Of a stretch of 64,000 nucleotides of DNA, positions 52,796 to 62,919 are shown one piece after another. The position numbers and the translations under genes are program-made. The DNA comes from an uncultured beta proteobacterium (GTDB lineage: Bacteria; Pseudomonadota; Gammaproteobacteria; Burkholderiales; Burkholderiaceae_F), in assembly GCA_963746085.1 (NCBI GenBank), contig CAVVAI010000008.1, positions 291,777 through 355,776 of the forward strand. Reading direction: 5' to 3'. Under the pieces are notes generated by a model. That model was given only the letters and a program-made list of their open reading frames with translations. It did not search any database and was not told the DNA's origin. Every line of letters starts with the position of its first letter. The first letter of the stretch is position 1.

Positions 52796-53803
52796 CTACT
52801 TGGTGTCTTCGATGCGCTTAAGCAGCGCGGCGTACTTGGCGCCGTACTTGTCGCGGATCGGCTGCGTAGCCTTGTAGAAAGCGGCTTTGTCGGCCGCGAC
52901 GAACTTGACGCCGGCCGCCTTGAGCTTGGTTTCGGCCTCGCCGACGTACGCGTCCCAGAGCTGCGCGCTGCTCCATCTGCGCCTCGCGCGAAACCTTGCG
53001 CACCAGGTCCTGGTCGGCCTTGGAGAGCGTGTCCCAGGTGCGCTTGGAAAACACGAAGATCTCGGGAATGATCAGGTGGCCGGTCAGGCTGTACACCTTG
53101 CTCACCGTGTAGTGGTTCTGCGCGAGCAGCGTCGGCGGATTGTTCTCGGCGCCGTCGACGACGCCGCGTCTGCAGCGCGCCGAACAGCTCGTTGAAGCCC
53201 ATCGCAACGCCGTTGCCGCCCATCGCGTTCATCGTCTCGACGAACAGCGGGTTGCCCATCATGCGGATCTTCATGCCCTTCAGATCCGTCGGGCTTGGTC
53301 ACCGGCTTGTTCGAGTAGACGTTGCGCGTGCCGGCGTCCATCCAGCCGAGCACCACCAGCCGCGACTGCGGACTCGCGGTGACCTTCTCGAGCAGTTCCT
53401 GGCCGATCGGACCGTCGATCACTTTCCGCATGTGGGCTTCGTCGCGGAAGATGAACGGCAGGTTGAAGACGTTCAGCTCGTCGACCACCGGGCCCATCGC
53501 GCCGACCGAAATGCGCGCGATCTGCAGCGCGCCGACCTGCGCCTGCTCGATCATCTCCTTCTCGCCGCCCAGCTGCATCAGCGGGTACATCTGGATCGAG
53601 ATGCGGCCGTTGGTCGCCGTCTCCAGCTTCTTGCCCATGCGCTGAATCGCCTCGACCGTCGGATACCCGAGCGGATGCACGTCCGAAGCCTTCCATACCA
53701 CCTTGTCCTGGGCCGATACCGTTCCCGTGATAGTCGCGGCGCCAATGGCGGCAGACGACGCGCACACCTTGACGAAATCGCGACGCTTCATGCGAAGTTC
53801 CAT
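52796..53803 (-). pseudogene. dctP: TRAP transporter substrate-binding protein (DctP), 3 frameshifts
   Basis: ATG at 53803 with RBS. 'MELRMKRRDFVKV' signal runs to '..NVYSNKPVTKPD'. After a switch at about 53287, 'DLKGMKIRMMGNPLFVETMNAMGG'. After about 53168, 'GVVDGAENNPPTLLAQNHY...'. After about 52957, 'QLWDAYVGEAETKLKAAGVKFV...LLKRIEDTK*'. Confidence 0.85.
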
Positions 53804-53981
53804 GTTGTCTCCTTTGCGGTTCGAAACTACCTGCGGCGGACGGCACCTTGGTATTTTTATTCTATTTTTCAAAAATGTAGCATGAAAATTTCATGCCGCG
53901 CCAGGAGATCGTTCAGCGGATGGCAGCGCGCGAGCGCCGCCATCCGCGTGTCACGACTGCAGCGATGCCACACAGTCGCGC

Positions 53982-55349
53982 TTAGTGCGCAGCAACGGCA
54001 ACGCGCGCGTTTGCGCGCTTCGACGTCAGGGCTGCGCGCTCGGAGCGCGCCAGCAACCGCTCGCTCCACGCGGTCGGTTTGTGGACTTGCCGCTCGGCGA
54101 TGTAATGCCGCGCCCGGCGCGTATCGCCCACACGGATCGAAGCATCGATCAAGGTCAGCGTCAGCAGATCGCGTTGCGCATGACTGCCGCCAAAAACGTT
54201 TGCCGTGTCGCGCACCGGTTCAATCGCAGCAATGGCGTCAGCGTGCCGATTGCTCGCATATGCGGCCAGTCCGTCGGCCAATGGCATGCCCACCTCGCGC
54301 GTCATCGCGGCATTGACAGCCTCCCCCTTGACCGCGGCGCGCATCGAGCGTCGCAAACGAGCGATTTCGTCAGCCCGGCCGGTCGCCGCAAAGCTCATCA
54401 TCGCGTGAGCATCGTTGAACGCGTAATAGCCTGCCTCCAATTCCAGCTTGCCCGCCCAGACGTCGGCGACACTTTCGAACCGGTTGCCGACGTCGACGCC
54501 TTCCAGGCGCAGCCGCCACAGCAGCGCCGATGCGTCGAGCAGCACCAGCATCATGTCGAGCTGTGGACCCGCCAGCTTCTGGTCGAACAGATCGAGCGCC
54601 GCGTCGAAATTTCCGAGGTCCATGTTGAACAACGCCAGATGCCACCAGTTGTGCGGCGCGAACATATTGTCGGGTGCCCAGTCGGACTCGCGCGACTGCA
54701 GCCACTCGATCCCCTCGGCAATGCGGCCCTGCATCTCCATCACATGGGTCACCGCATGCACCGCCCAGCCGTCGCGCGGCTGCAATTCAAGGGCGCGGCG
54801 TGCAGCGCGCTCGGCTTCCGGATACTGATTGCATTCCTCCAAACCGAACGCATGCATGCCGAGGACGTACGAATAGCTAGGAACCTTCTCGTCCCAATGG
54901 GGCAGCACACGCGAGATGCGATTACGCAGATTCAGCGCATCACCCTGGAAGAAGTCCATCAGATGCGCGGTTTGAATGGCAAGCGTGTCGCGCGGATGTT
55001 TCATCAGGACCGAGTCGAAAGCGCGCGATGCGTCACGCCACTTCCCATCGACCAGCAGCTCGGCCGCATCGAGCAGATCGCGCTCGCGCGAATTCATCTT
55101 CGCCCTCAGCGCCGCAGCCTTGGCGATAGCGTCGCGCACGGCCGGCAGGTAGCGCTGTTCGGTCGCCGTGTACATCGCGAACACGTTGAACAAGTGCGCG
55201 AGCGCGAAGTCGGGGTCGGCCTGCAACGCCTGTTGCATAGTGGCGAGCGGATCGCCGGTATAGCTGTGAAACTGCGTCAGGGCGGTTTCGAAATGTTCCA
55301 GCGCCTGCGCACTCGATGTCGAGACCGCAAGCCCACGTAAGTCCTTCAT
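53982..55349 (-). CDS. tetratricopeptide repeat protein (TTC38-like)
   Basis: 455 aa. 'ALEHFETAL', 'ADPDFALAH', 'GMHAFGLEECNQY.EAE.AARRALEL.P.D.WA.HA..HV.EMQGR' is as I remember for the TTC38 family. Confidence 0.7.
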   Translation of the reverse strand: MKDLRGLAVSTSSAQALEHFETALTQFHSYTGDPLATMQQALQADPDFALAHLFNVFAMYTATEQRYLPAVRDAIAKAAALRAKMNSRERDLLDAAELLVDGKWRDASRAFDSVLMKHPRDTLAIQTAHLMDFFQGDALNLRNRISRVLPHWDEKVPSYSYVLGMHAFGLEECNQYPEAERAARRALELQPRDGWAVHAVTHVMEMQGRIAEGIEWLQSRESDWAPDNMFAPHNWWHLALFNMDLGNFDAALDLFDQKLAGPQLDMMLVLLDASALLWRLRLEGVDVGNRFESVADVWAGKLELEAGYYAFNDAHAMMSFAATGRADEIARLRRSMRAAVKGEAVNAAMTREVGMPLADGLAAYASNRHADAIAAIEPVRDTANVFGGSHAQRDLLTLTLIDASIRVGDTRRARHYIAERQVHKPTAWSERLLARSERAALTSKRANARVAVAAH

Positions 55350-55455
55350 CTAATTCTCCAGTAAGTAGTGATGACCTCGCGATAAGCCGCAGCGCACAAA
55401 GCGCTGTCGGCTTGGTCGCGAGGAGTTATTTCGGCGCAAAGCGTCCGAAATAACC

Positions 55456-55872
55456 TTAGTTGTATCGATAGTTGGAAGAAATATCCGACACCGGCGCCGC
55501 CGAAGTCTTCTTTCCTTCGTTGCGGATGACGTGCCATACGCCGCCCTGCTTGTCGCCGTTGACGTCGCCCGCCTTCGCGTCGCCCGCGAAGAAGTACAGC
55601 GGCTTGCCCTTGTAGGCCCACTGCGCTGCGCCGTCATCGCGCTTGACGATCGAAAAATCGCCGCCCGCGAGACCGGGATTGGCGACAACGAACGGAGGCC
55701 ACGCCGCAGCACAACCGCCGTTGCAGTTGCTCTTGTTGGCAGCATCCTTGTCGAACGTGTACAGCGTCTTTCCGTCCTTGCTGGCCATGACCCCGTTGGC
55801 GACCAGGGTCGGGGTCGCGTGAACCGACAAAGCGGTGACCGCGATCGCGAAGAACATCGATGTGTATCTCAT
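55456..55872 (-). CDS. secreted COG4315-type protein (Yx(F/W/Y)xxD repeat)
   Basis: Signal peptide. 'GKTLYTFDKD......C.G.CA..WPP' and 'QWAYKGKPLYFFAGD' repeats. Confidence 0.75.
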   Translation of the reverse strand: MRYTSMFFAIAVTALSVHATPTLVANGVMASKDGKTLYTFDKDAANKSNCNGGCAAAWPPFVVANPGLAGGDFSIVKRDDGAAQWAYKGKPLYFFAGDAKAGDVNGDKQGGVWHVIRNEGKKTSAAPVSDISSNYRYN

Positions 55873-55972
55873 TTAAAGCTCCTCTTTCTTAGTGGGTTAA
55901 GCGTGTTTCTGTGTCAGCAACCGAGCACACATACGTGGCGCGCTGCGGATCGGATGCAGGACATCCAGACGG

Positions 55973-56905
55973 CTAGTGAGTGACCGGCGCAAGCGCATCG
56001 AACACGCGTTTGGACTGGTCTTCGCTGATCATTCCGGCCAGCAGGTCGCCGAAGCGCGGTTCTTTGATGCCCGAAACGATGTATTGCCAGCGGTAGGCGG
56101 CCAGCACATGCGACTCGACGTGCGATGACTCGGCGGCCGTTAGAACGCGCCCGCAAATCGCGCTGAAATACGCGACATCTGCCTTCGCCTGTCGCTGCAG
56201 CGTGCCGTCGATGCCGGCCATCAGCGCGATCAGATCGTCGACCGCCGCGTCGCGCTCTTCGTCGCTCAGCCTTTCGTTTTCACGCGCCCATTCGAGCTCG
56301 TCGATGATCGCGTGCTGCGATTCCTCTTTCCAGTGAAAGAAGAACACGTCCTTGTATAGCGGCGACAGCTGCTGATCGGGCTCGATGCTTTGCCGGTAGT
56401 GCACCTGCGTGAAAATTTCGATGTGGCAGGTCAACGCCAGCACGGCCCAGGTCGACTTGCCGAGTACGAAAAGGGCGACATCGTTGGGCTGAGGCACGAA
56501 CCGGTAGCCGTCGGGCATTTGCTCAGCCGCCAGCAGCTCGATTCTGCGAAACAACCGCTGGTGCTTGAGTTCTTCGTCGGTAAAGCGAATCAGCGCTTCG
56601 AATGCGGTCTGGTCACCCAGCGCATGGTCGCGCGTAATGTCGAGCATCTTCGCGCCAATGAAGCGCTCGACCAGTCCGAACATGTTGGCGTAGGTCCGGC
56701 CCTGGATCTGCGACAGTAGCCGACGCTCGCCGGCGTTCAGTGAGTCGATGCGATGCGCGAACGAAAGCCCATCGGGCAAGAACTTGTGGTCGGTGTCGAA
56801 GTCCCGGCCACGGATGACGTCACGCTCGATGTCCCAGCGGATGCGCTTCGAAACCTCGATGCATTTGGCATAACGCTGGGTGTTGACCGATTCGAATACG
56901 TGCAT
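55973..56905 (-). CDS. ferritin-like diiron-carboxylate protein (AurF-like oxygenase family candidate)
   Basis: Two E...ExxH-type motifs ('FTDEELKHQ', 'HWKEESQHA') plus upstream 'ERRLLSQIQG'. The start is ATG 56905 or the upstream codon at 56959. Confidence 0.55.
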   Translation of the reverse strand: MHVFESVNTQRYAKCIEVSKRIRWDIERDVIRGRDFDTDHKFLPDGLSFAHRIDSLNAGERRLLSQIQGRTYANMFGLVERFIGAKMLDITRDHALGDQTAFEALIRFTDEELKHQRLFRRIELLAAEQMPDGYRFVPQPNDVALFVLGKSTWAVLALTCHIEIFTQVHYRQSIEPDQQLSPLYKDVFFFHWKEESQHAIIDELEWARENERLSDEERDAAVDDLIALMAGIDGTLQRQAKADVAYFSAICGRVLTAAESSHVESHVLAAYRWQYIVSGIKEPRFGDLLAGMISEDQSKRVFDALAPVTH

Positions 56906-57041
56906 GATCGTTCCCTGATGTCGGACATCGTGGTACGAATTGTCGGCAGCGACGGCCACTACGTCGTGAGACCAGTGTCCCGGCCGTATCCCGGTACGGG
57001 GCTGATTGGCGGGGAAAACGTGGGACCTGAGTCCCGGTGGG

Positions 57042-58118
57042 CTAGCTGATCAGCTTGCCGAAGCCGGCCTTGCGCGCCATCACGATCGCCTGCGGACGAT
57101 TTTCGACTTCGAGCTTGGAAAAGATTCGCGTGATGTGATTGCGCACCGTTTTCTCGCTGAGCGTCAGAGCTGCCGCCACCTGCGCGTTATCTCGTCCCTG
57201 AGCGATCAGCTCGAGCAAGTCACGCTCGCGCGCGGTCAGCGCTGAAAACGCGGGGTGATTGACCGCGACCGTCATCGGCAGGAACGCACGCACTTCATCG
57301 GCCCAGCGCTGCCATGCGGGCTCGCTTTCGAGCAGCAAATGGTTCTCACTTTCGAGCGGTACGAAGCGTGCCTCCGGTATCCGCCCCGCGATCAGGCGCC
57401 CCTCGTCGAACGGCACGCGCACGTCGCGGCTTGAATGCAGCACCAGCGTCGGGCACGAAACGCGCGGCAGCAAGTCCACCACGTCGATATCGTTGAACTC
57501 GCGCATGAAGCGCGCTGCGTTGGCCGCCGACGTCGATACCCGCTCGAGCTCGTTAAACCAGTGGTGCTGCTCCGCCGTGCCGCCAGGAATGTATTGCGTC
57601 GTAAAAAACTGACGAAACGCAGGGTTCTGCTGGCCCCAGCCGATTTCCGCCAGGCGATTCATCACTTCGGCTTCGTCGCGCTGTTGCGGCGTCGGATTGC
57701 GCTTTAACCGGCCCCGCGCGTAGCCGCCATGCAGGATCAAGTGCGACACGCGCTGCGGATGACGTACTGCGTACGCAATGGCGATCGATGCGCCCTGTGA
57801 AAGTCCGAGCAACGGAAAGCGCTCGACCTGCGCCGCATCGACGACGGTCTCGAGGTCGTGCAGCCAGGCATCAAACGACAGGTCGGCCACATCCCGATCG
57901 GACAGGCCGCAGCCGCGCTCGTCGTAGCGAATCAACGTGTGCTGTCGCGACAGTTCGATCAGCAGATGGCTCCACACCGGGCTGCCCACATCAAACTCGA
58001 GATGGCTGAGCCAATTGGCCGCCTTGATCAGCGGCGGACCGTGACCCGACGCGGCGTACGCGATGCGAACGCCATCGTGTCCGGTGCAAAATCGAATTTG
58101 CTGCTTGAACGTCGGCAT
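57042..58118 (-). CDS. alpha/beta-hydrolase domain fused to LuxR-type HTH transcriptional regulator
   Basis: N-terminal hydrolase fold with nucleophile elbow 'GLSQGAS' and late 'ENHLLL' His. C-terminal 'LTARERDLLELIAQGRDNAQVAAALTLSEKTVRNHITRIFSKL' is a GerE/LuxR HTH. Confidence 0.85.
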   Translation of the reverse strand: MPTFKQQIRFCTGHDGVRIAYAASGHGPPLIKAANWLSHLEFDVGSPVWSHLLIELSRQHTLIRYDERGCGLSDRDVADLSFDAWLHDLETVVDAAQVERFPLLGLSQGASIAIAYAVRHPQRVSHLILHGGYARGRLKRNPTPQQRDEAEVMNRLAEIGWGQQNPAFRQFFTTQYIPGGTAEQHHWFNELERVSTSAANAARFMREFNDIDVVDLLPRVSCPTLVLHSSRDVRVPFDEGRLIAGRIPEARFVPLESENHLLLESEPAWQRWADEVRAFLPMTVAVNHPAFSALTARERDLLELIAQGRDNAQVAAALTLSEKTVRNHITRIFSKLEVENRPQAIVMARKAGFGKLIS

Positions 58119-58190
58119 GTCAAAGGGCTGGATTACGATGCGATCGAATCTGTGGAAGTCAAAATTTAACGCTACGCGAGTGATCCTGTC

Positions 58191-59222
58191 TTGGCCTTGG
58201 CACCAACTCCCGCAACTCTAATTCCCGGCGATGGTATCGGGCCCGAAATCACCGCCGCCGTGGTCGAGATTCTCGACGCGCTGGGCAAGCCGTTCGGGTG
58301 GGAGGTGCAGCAAGGCGGCATGGCGGCCGTCGAAAAATGCGGCGACCCGCTTCCGCCGGCGCTGCTCGACAGCATTCGCCGCACACGGCTCGCTTTGAAG
58401 GGGCCGCTGGCAACTCCGGTCGGTGGCGGTTACCGATCGGTCAACGTCCGCTTGCGTGAGGAATTCAAGCTGTACGCGAACCTGCGGCCGGCGCGCACGC
58501 TAATAACGGGCGGCCGGTACGAAGACATCGACATTGTCCTGGTGCGCGAAAACCTCGAAGGCTTTTACATCGGCTTCGAGCATTTCATTCCGATCGACGG
58601 CGATCCGCAGGCGGCGGCGATTTCATCGGGCATCAACACGCGCGCCGGGTCGCGCCGCGTCGCCGAGTTCGCCTTCGACTATGCGCTGAAGCACGGACGC
58701 AAGAAGGTCACGATCGTGCACAAGGCCAATGTGCTGAAGGCACTGTCGGGAATTTTTCTCGACACCGCGCGCGAAGTTGCCAGGAAGTACGAGGGCAAGG
58801 TGGCGATGGACGATCGGATCATCGACGCCTGCGCCATGCAGTTGGTGCTGAAGCCGTGGCAATTCGACGTGATACTGACCACGAATCTGTTCGGCGACAT
58901 TTTGTCCGACGAAATCGCCGGGCTGGTCGGCGGGCTTGGCATGGCGCCGGGCGCCAACATCGGCGTCGATGCCGCGATCTTCGAAGCGGTGCACGGCTCG
59001 GCGCCCGACATCGCTGGCAAAGGGGTCGCCAATCCGCTGGCGCTGCTGCTGGCGACCGCAATGATGCTGAATCATGCGGGACGCAACGATGTGGCGCTGA
59101 CATTGCGCAATGCGATCGATGGCATGTTGCGCGACGACGGTGTGCGCACCGGCGATCTCGGCGGCAGTGCGACCACGCACGACATGACGCGCGCGATCCT
59201 GCGCCGGATTTCGAAGACGTAG
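58191..59222 (+). CDS. isocitrate/isopropylmalate dehydrogenase family (NAD-dependent beta-decarboxylating dehydrogenase)
   Basis: 'LIPGDGIGPEI', 'LVRENLEGFY', 'NLFGDILSDEIAGLVGGLGMAPGANIG', 'FEAVHGSAPDIAGK'. TTG start is uncertain. Confidence 0.85.
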   Translation: MALAPTPATLIPGDGIGPEITAAVVEILDALGKPFGWEVQQGGMAAVEKCGDPLPPALLDSIRRTRLALKGPLATPVGGGYRSVNVRLREEFKLYANLRPARTLITGGRYEDIDIVLVRENLEGFYIGFEHFIPIDGDPQAAAISSGINTRAGSRRVAEFAFDYALKHGRKKVTIVHKANVLKALSGIFLDTAREVARKYEGKVAMDDRIIDACAMQLVLKPWQFDVILTTNLFGDILSDEIAGLVGGLGMAPGANIGVDAAIFEAVHGSAPDIAGKGVANPLALLLATAMMLNHAGRNDVALTLRNAIDGMLRDDGVRTGDLGGSATTHDMTRAILRRISKT

Positions 59223-59229
59223 CGCCCCG

Positions 59230-60354
59230 ATGAAAATACGCGCGGCAGTTCTGGAAACGATGGGCGCGCCACATCCATATGCGCAATCCCAACCTCTGAA
59301 GATCGAGGAGCTCGATCTCGCGCCACCGGGCAGCGGCGAAATTCTGGTGCGCATCAAGGCTGCGGGGCTGTGTCATTCGGATCTATCGGTGATCAACGGC
59401 GACCGGCCGCGTCCACTGCCGATGGCGCTCGGCCATGAAGCCTCCGGCATCGTGGAACAACTCGGTGACGGCGTGCATGACCTGGCCGTCGGCGATCACG
59501 TCGTGCTGGTGTTCGTGCCAAGTTGTGGTCACTGCAACCCGTGCGCCGAAGGTCGCCCGGCGCTGTGCGAGCCAGGTGCAGCAGCCAACGGCGCCGGGTC
59601 GCTGCTCAGTGGCGCGCGTCGCATCACGCGCAACGGGCACACGATCCAACATCACCTGGGTTGCTCGGCGTTTGCCACTCACGCCGTCGTGTCGCGCCGC
59701 TCGGCGATCAAGATCGATCGCGATCTGCCGTTCGAGCATGCGGCACTGTTCGGCTGCGCGGTGTTGACGGGAGTGGGAGCCGTCGTAAACACGGCGCAGG
59801 TGCGCGCAGGGACGTCGGTCGCAGTGATCGGGCTCGGCGGCGTCGGGCTCGCGTCGGTGCTCGGCGCCGCCGCCGCCGGCGCGCGCCAAGTTATTGCAGT
59901 CGATCTGTCTGCCGACAAACTTGCACTGGCACGCGCGCTCGGTGCAACGCACACCTTCGACGCCGGTGCGCCGGAAGTCGTCGCAGCGATCCGCGATGCA
60001 ACCCTTGGCGGCGTTGATACCGCAATCGAAATGGCAGGCTCGACGCGCGCGTTCGAACTGGCGTACCGCATCACCCGGCGCGGCGGCATGACCGTCACCG
60101 CGGGGCTTCCTCCGGCCGATGCAACGTGGGCGATGCCCGCCGTCAACCTCGTGGCGGAAGAACGCACCATCAAGGGCAGTTACGTCGGCACGTGCGTGCC
60201 GATGCGCGATATCCCGCGCTACGTTGACCTCTTTCGTGGCGGCCGCCTGCCGGTGGATCGATTGTTGACGGGGACGCTTGCGCTCGATGACATCAACAAG
60301 GGCTTCGATCTGCTGCATGAAGGCAAAGCGGTCCGACAAGTGGTCACTCTTTAG
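59230..60354 (+). CDS. zinc-dependent alcohol dehydrogenase family protein
   Basis: 'GLCHSDLS', 'GHEASGIVEQLG', structural-Zn 'CGHCNPCAEGRPALC', Rossmann 'VIGLGGVGL'. 374 aa. Confidence 0.88.
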   Translation: MKIRAAVLETMGAPHPYAQSQPLKIEELDLAPPGSGEILVRIKAAGLCHSDLSVINGDRPRPLPMALGHEASGIVEQLGDGVHDLAVGDHVVLVFVPSCGHCNPCAEGRPALCEPGAAANGAGSLLSGARRITRNGHTIQHHLGCSAFATHAVVSRRSAIKIDRDLPFEHAALFGCAVLTGVGAVVNTAQVRAGTSVAVIGLGGVGLASVLGAAAAGARQVIAVDLSADKLALARALGATHTFDAGAPEVVAAIRDATLGGVDTAIEMAGSTRAFELAYRITRRGGMTVTAGLPPADATWAMPAVNLVAEERTIKGSYVGTCVPMRDIPRYVDLFRGGRLPVDRLLTGTLALDDINKGFDLLHEGKAVRQVVTL

Positions 60355-60457
60355 ACGCTGCTGCATGGCAACAAGCCCACGGCGTGAACAATTCGACGGC
60401 CAACCTCGAAGTTGTGGCTAGAATCATTCGGCCCACCCTCGCTCGCCGGGAGCCACC

Positions 60458-60919
60458 TTGAAAATCCGAGATCAAAAGAACTTCTGGTCAGGCTTGATGT
60501 TCCTGGGGTTCGGCGCGTTCTTTGTCGGCTGGGCGCAGCAGTACGACTTGGGATCCGCAGCCCGCATGGGTCCTGCGTTTTTCCCGACGATGTTGGGCGC
60601 CATGCTGTTCTTGCTCGGCGGGATCGTTCTGATCGAAGGCCTGGTGGTGGAAACCCCCGATGGCAAGATCGAGCCGTTCAACTTCAGAGCGCTGATACTG
60701 GTGTTGGGCTCGGTCGTCGCGTTCGGGATGCTACTGCGCCCGGCGGGGCTACTCGTTGCACTGTTCGTGCTGGTTTGCGTGTCGAGCTTCGGCAGTCATG
60801 AGTTCAAGCTGCGCGATGTGTTGCTGCTGTCGGTCGGGATGTCGCTGTTGGTACTGGGGGTGTTCATTTACGGTCTGAGTATGACGATCCCCGTATTGCC
60901 GTCGTTCATGCGCGAATAG
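60458..60919 (+). CDS. tctB: tripartite tricarboxylate transporter small membrane protein TctB
   Basis: 153 aa, 4 TM segments. Directly upstream of tctA. Confidence 0.8.
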   Translation: MKIRDQKNFWSGLMFLGFGAFFVGWAQQYDLGSAARMGPAFFPTMLGAMLFLLGGIVLIEGLVVETPDGKIEPFNFRALILVLGSVVAFGMLLRPAGLLVALFVLVCVSSFGSHEFKLRDVLLLSVGMSLLVLGVFIYGLSMTIPVLPSFMRE

Positions 60920-60928
60920 GAATCCCCC

Positions 60929-62437
60929 GTGGAGCTCATCGACAACCTCGCGCTCGGATTCGCCACCGCGCTGACTTTGCAGAACCTGTTTTACTGCTTC
61001 ATCGGCGTGCTGATCGGAACGCTGATCGGCGTGCTACCGGGAATCGGCCCGGTGGCGACGTTGGCAATGTTGCTGCCGGTGACCTATGCGCTGCCGCCGA
61101 CGTCGGCGCTGATCATGCTGGCGGGGATTTACTACGGTGCACAGTACGGCGGGTCGACTACGGCAATTTTGGTCAATCTACCCGGGGAATCGTCGTCGGT
61201 TGTCACGTGCCTCGACGGTTACCAGATGGCCCGGCGGGGACGAGCAGGGGCCGCGTTGGCGACGGCGGCGCTCGGCTCGTTCTTCGCCGGCACGGTCGGC
61301 GTGCTGATCGTCGCGGCGCTGGCGCTACCCATGGTCGAGCTCGCGTTCAAGTTCGGCCCGGCAGAATATTTTTCGCTGATGGTGCTTGGATTGATCGGCG
61401 CCGTCGTGCTGGCAGGAGGTTCGCTGATCAAGGCGATCGCGATGATCGTGCTCGGCTTGCTGCTCGGGTTGGTCGGCACCGACGTCAATTCCGGCGTTGC
61501 GCGCTTTAGCTTCGACATTCCGGAGCTGGCCGACGGGATCAACTTCGCTGCCGTCGCGATGGGCGTGTTTGGCTTTGCAGAAATTATCGCCAACCTCGAG
61601 CAAAAGGATAAGCGCGAAGTCTTCACCAGCAAGGTCGGTCGGCTGATGCCGAGCAAGGCGGAGTTCAAATACGCCTACCCGGCCGTCTTGCGTGGAACCG
61701 CGTTGGGATCGGTGCTCGGCGTATTGCCTGGTGGCGGCGCGTTGCTGGCAGCGTTCGCAGCGTACACACTCGAAAAGAAAATCACCCGCAACGCCGATCC
61801 ACCGTTCGGCAAGGGCAATATCCGCGGCGTCGCTGCACCCGAATCGGCAAACAACGCAGGCGCGCAGACTTCATTCATCCCGATGCTGACCTTGGGCATC
61901 CCGCCCAACGCCGTGATGGCGTTAATGGTCGGGGCGATGACGATCCACAATATTCAGCCGGGCCCGCAGGTGATGTCGAGCAACCCGGCACTCTTTTGGG
62001 GCCTGATCACCTCGATGTGGATCGGCAACTTGATCCTGGTAGTACTGAATCTGCCATTGATCGGCATGTGGGTTCAACTGCTGAAGGTGCCGTACCGGCT
62101 GTTGTATCCAGCGATCCTCGTATTCTGCGGAATCGGCGTCTACTCGATCAACAACAATCCGTTCGACGTCACTGTCACCGCGGTATTCGGTCTGATCGGG
62201 TACATCTTCTACAAGCTGCGCTGCGAGCCCGCGCCGTTGATCCTCGGCTTCATTCTCGGGCCGATGATGGAAGAGAATCTGCGGCGGGCGATGCTCCTCT
62301 CGCGCGGTGACGCGACCGTGTTTTTCACGCGGCCGTTGTCGCTGGGACTGTTGGTGGCCGCCGCCGCGCTGATCGTGATCGTCGCGCTGCCGAACATCAA
62401 GAAGAAGCGCGAAGTCGCCTTCCAGGAAGCCCCTTAG
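60929..62437 (+). CDS. tctA: tripartite tricarboxylate transporter large permease TctA
   Basis: 502 aa. 'GVLPGIGPVATLAMLLP', 'YGAQYGGSTTAILVNLPGE', 'GVLPGGGALLAAF..Y..EK'. Confidence 0.9.
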   Translation: MELIDNLALGFATALTLQNLFYCFIGVLIGTLIGVLPGIGPVATLAMLLPVTYALPPTSALIMLAGIYYGAQYGGSTTAILVNLPGESSSVVTCLDGYQMARRGRAGAALATAALGSFFAGTVGVLIVAALALPMVELAFKFGPAEYFSLMVLGLIGAVVLAGGSLIKAIAMIVLGLLLGLVGTDVNSGVARFSFDIPELADGINFAAVAMGVFGFAEIIANLEQKDKREVFTSKVGRLMPSKAEFKYAYPAVLRGTALGSVLGVLPGGGALLAAFAAYTLEKKITRNADPPFGKGNIRGVAAPESANNAGAQTSFIPMLTLGIPPNAVMALMVGAMTIHNIQPGPQVMSSNPALFWGLITSMWIGNLILVVLNLPLIGMWVQLLKVPYRLLYPAILVFCGIGVYSINNNPFDVTVTAVFGLIGYIFYKLRCEPAPLILGFILGPMMEENLRRAMLLSRGDATVFFTRPLSLGLLVAAAALIVIVALPNIKKKREVAFQEAP

Positions 62438-62588
62438 AAGTTGGCGGCGATGGTTCGTTCGCGCAACGTTGCGTGAGCAACTCATTTGCTGCGCAACAGG
62501 AAGTCGCTCAGAACTGCGCCGCAGCGTCAAGCCTCCGAGCCCCTCCGAAGTCAAACGCCAATGGAATCGACGTGGCGCCTTCGATGGG

Positions 62589-62906
62589 CTACTCGACGAC
62601 CGTCACGCTCTTCTGCGAGGAAACAAAGATGACCGCGTCCGTCAGGGCGACCACATCGTGCTCCTCGCCGGGTTGCGTGAACAGGTAGTCACCTTCACCC
62701 AACTCGGCTCCGCCAATCAGCACCGTCCCTGAAAGAACGACCACTTCTTCGTTGCCGTGATGCGCGTGGCGCGGAACGCGCGCCTGCTTTCTCAGACGAA
62801 CGACGGAGCTACGGCCACCCGCGTCGTTATTGCGGAACAGGCTGCGCTCAACGCCCGAAGTCTCGGTGGGCTTCCACTGCCTATCTACTGCCTTGTTGAC
62901 CAGCAT
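62589..62906 (-). CDS. cupin domain protein
   Basis: 105 aa. 'PRHAHHGNEEVVVLSGTV...GDYLFTQPGEEHDV' carries the cupin motifs. Confidence 0.75.
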   Translation of the reverse strand: MLVNKAVDRQWKPTETSGVERSLFRNNDAGGRSSVVRLRKQARVPRHAHHGNEEVVVLSGTVLIGGAELGEGDYLFTQPGEEHDVVALTDAVIFVSSQKSVTVVE

Positions 62907-62919
62907 TGCAGTCTCCCTG

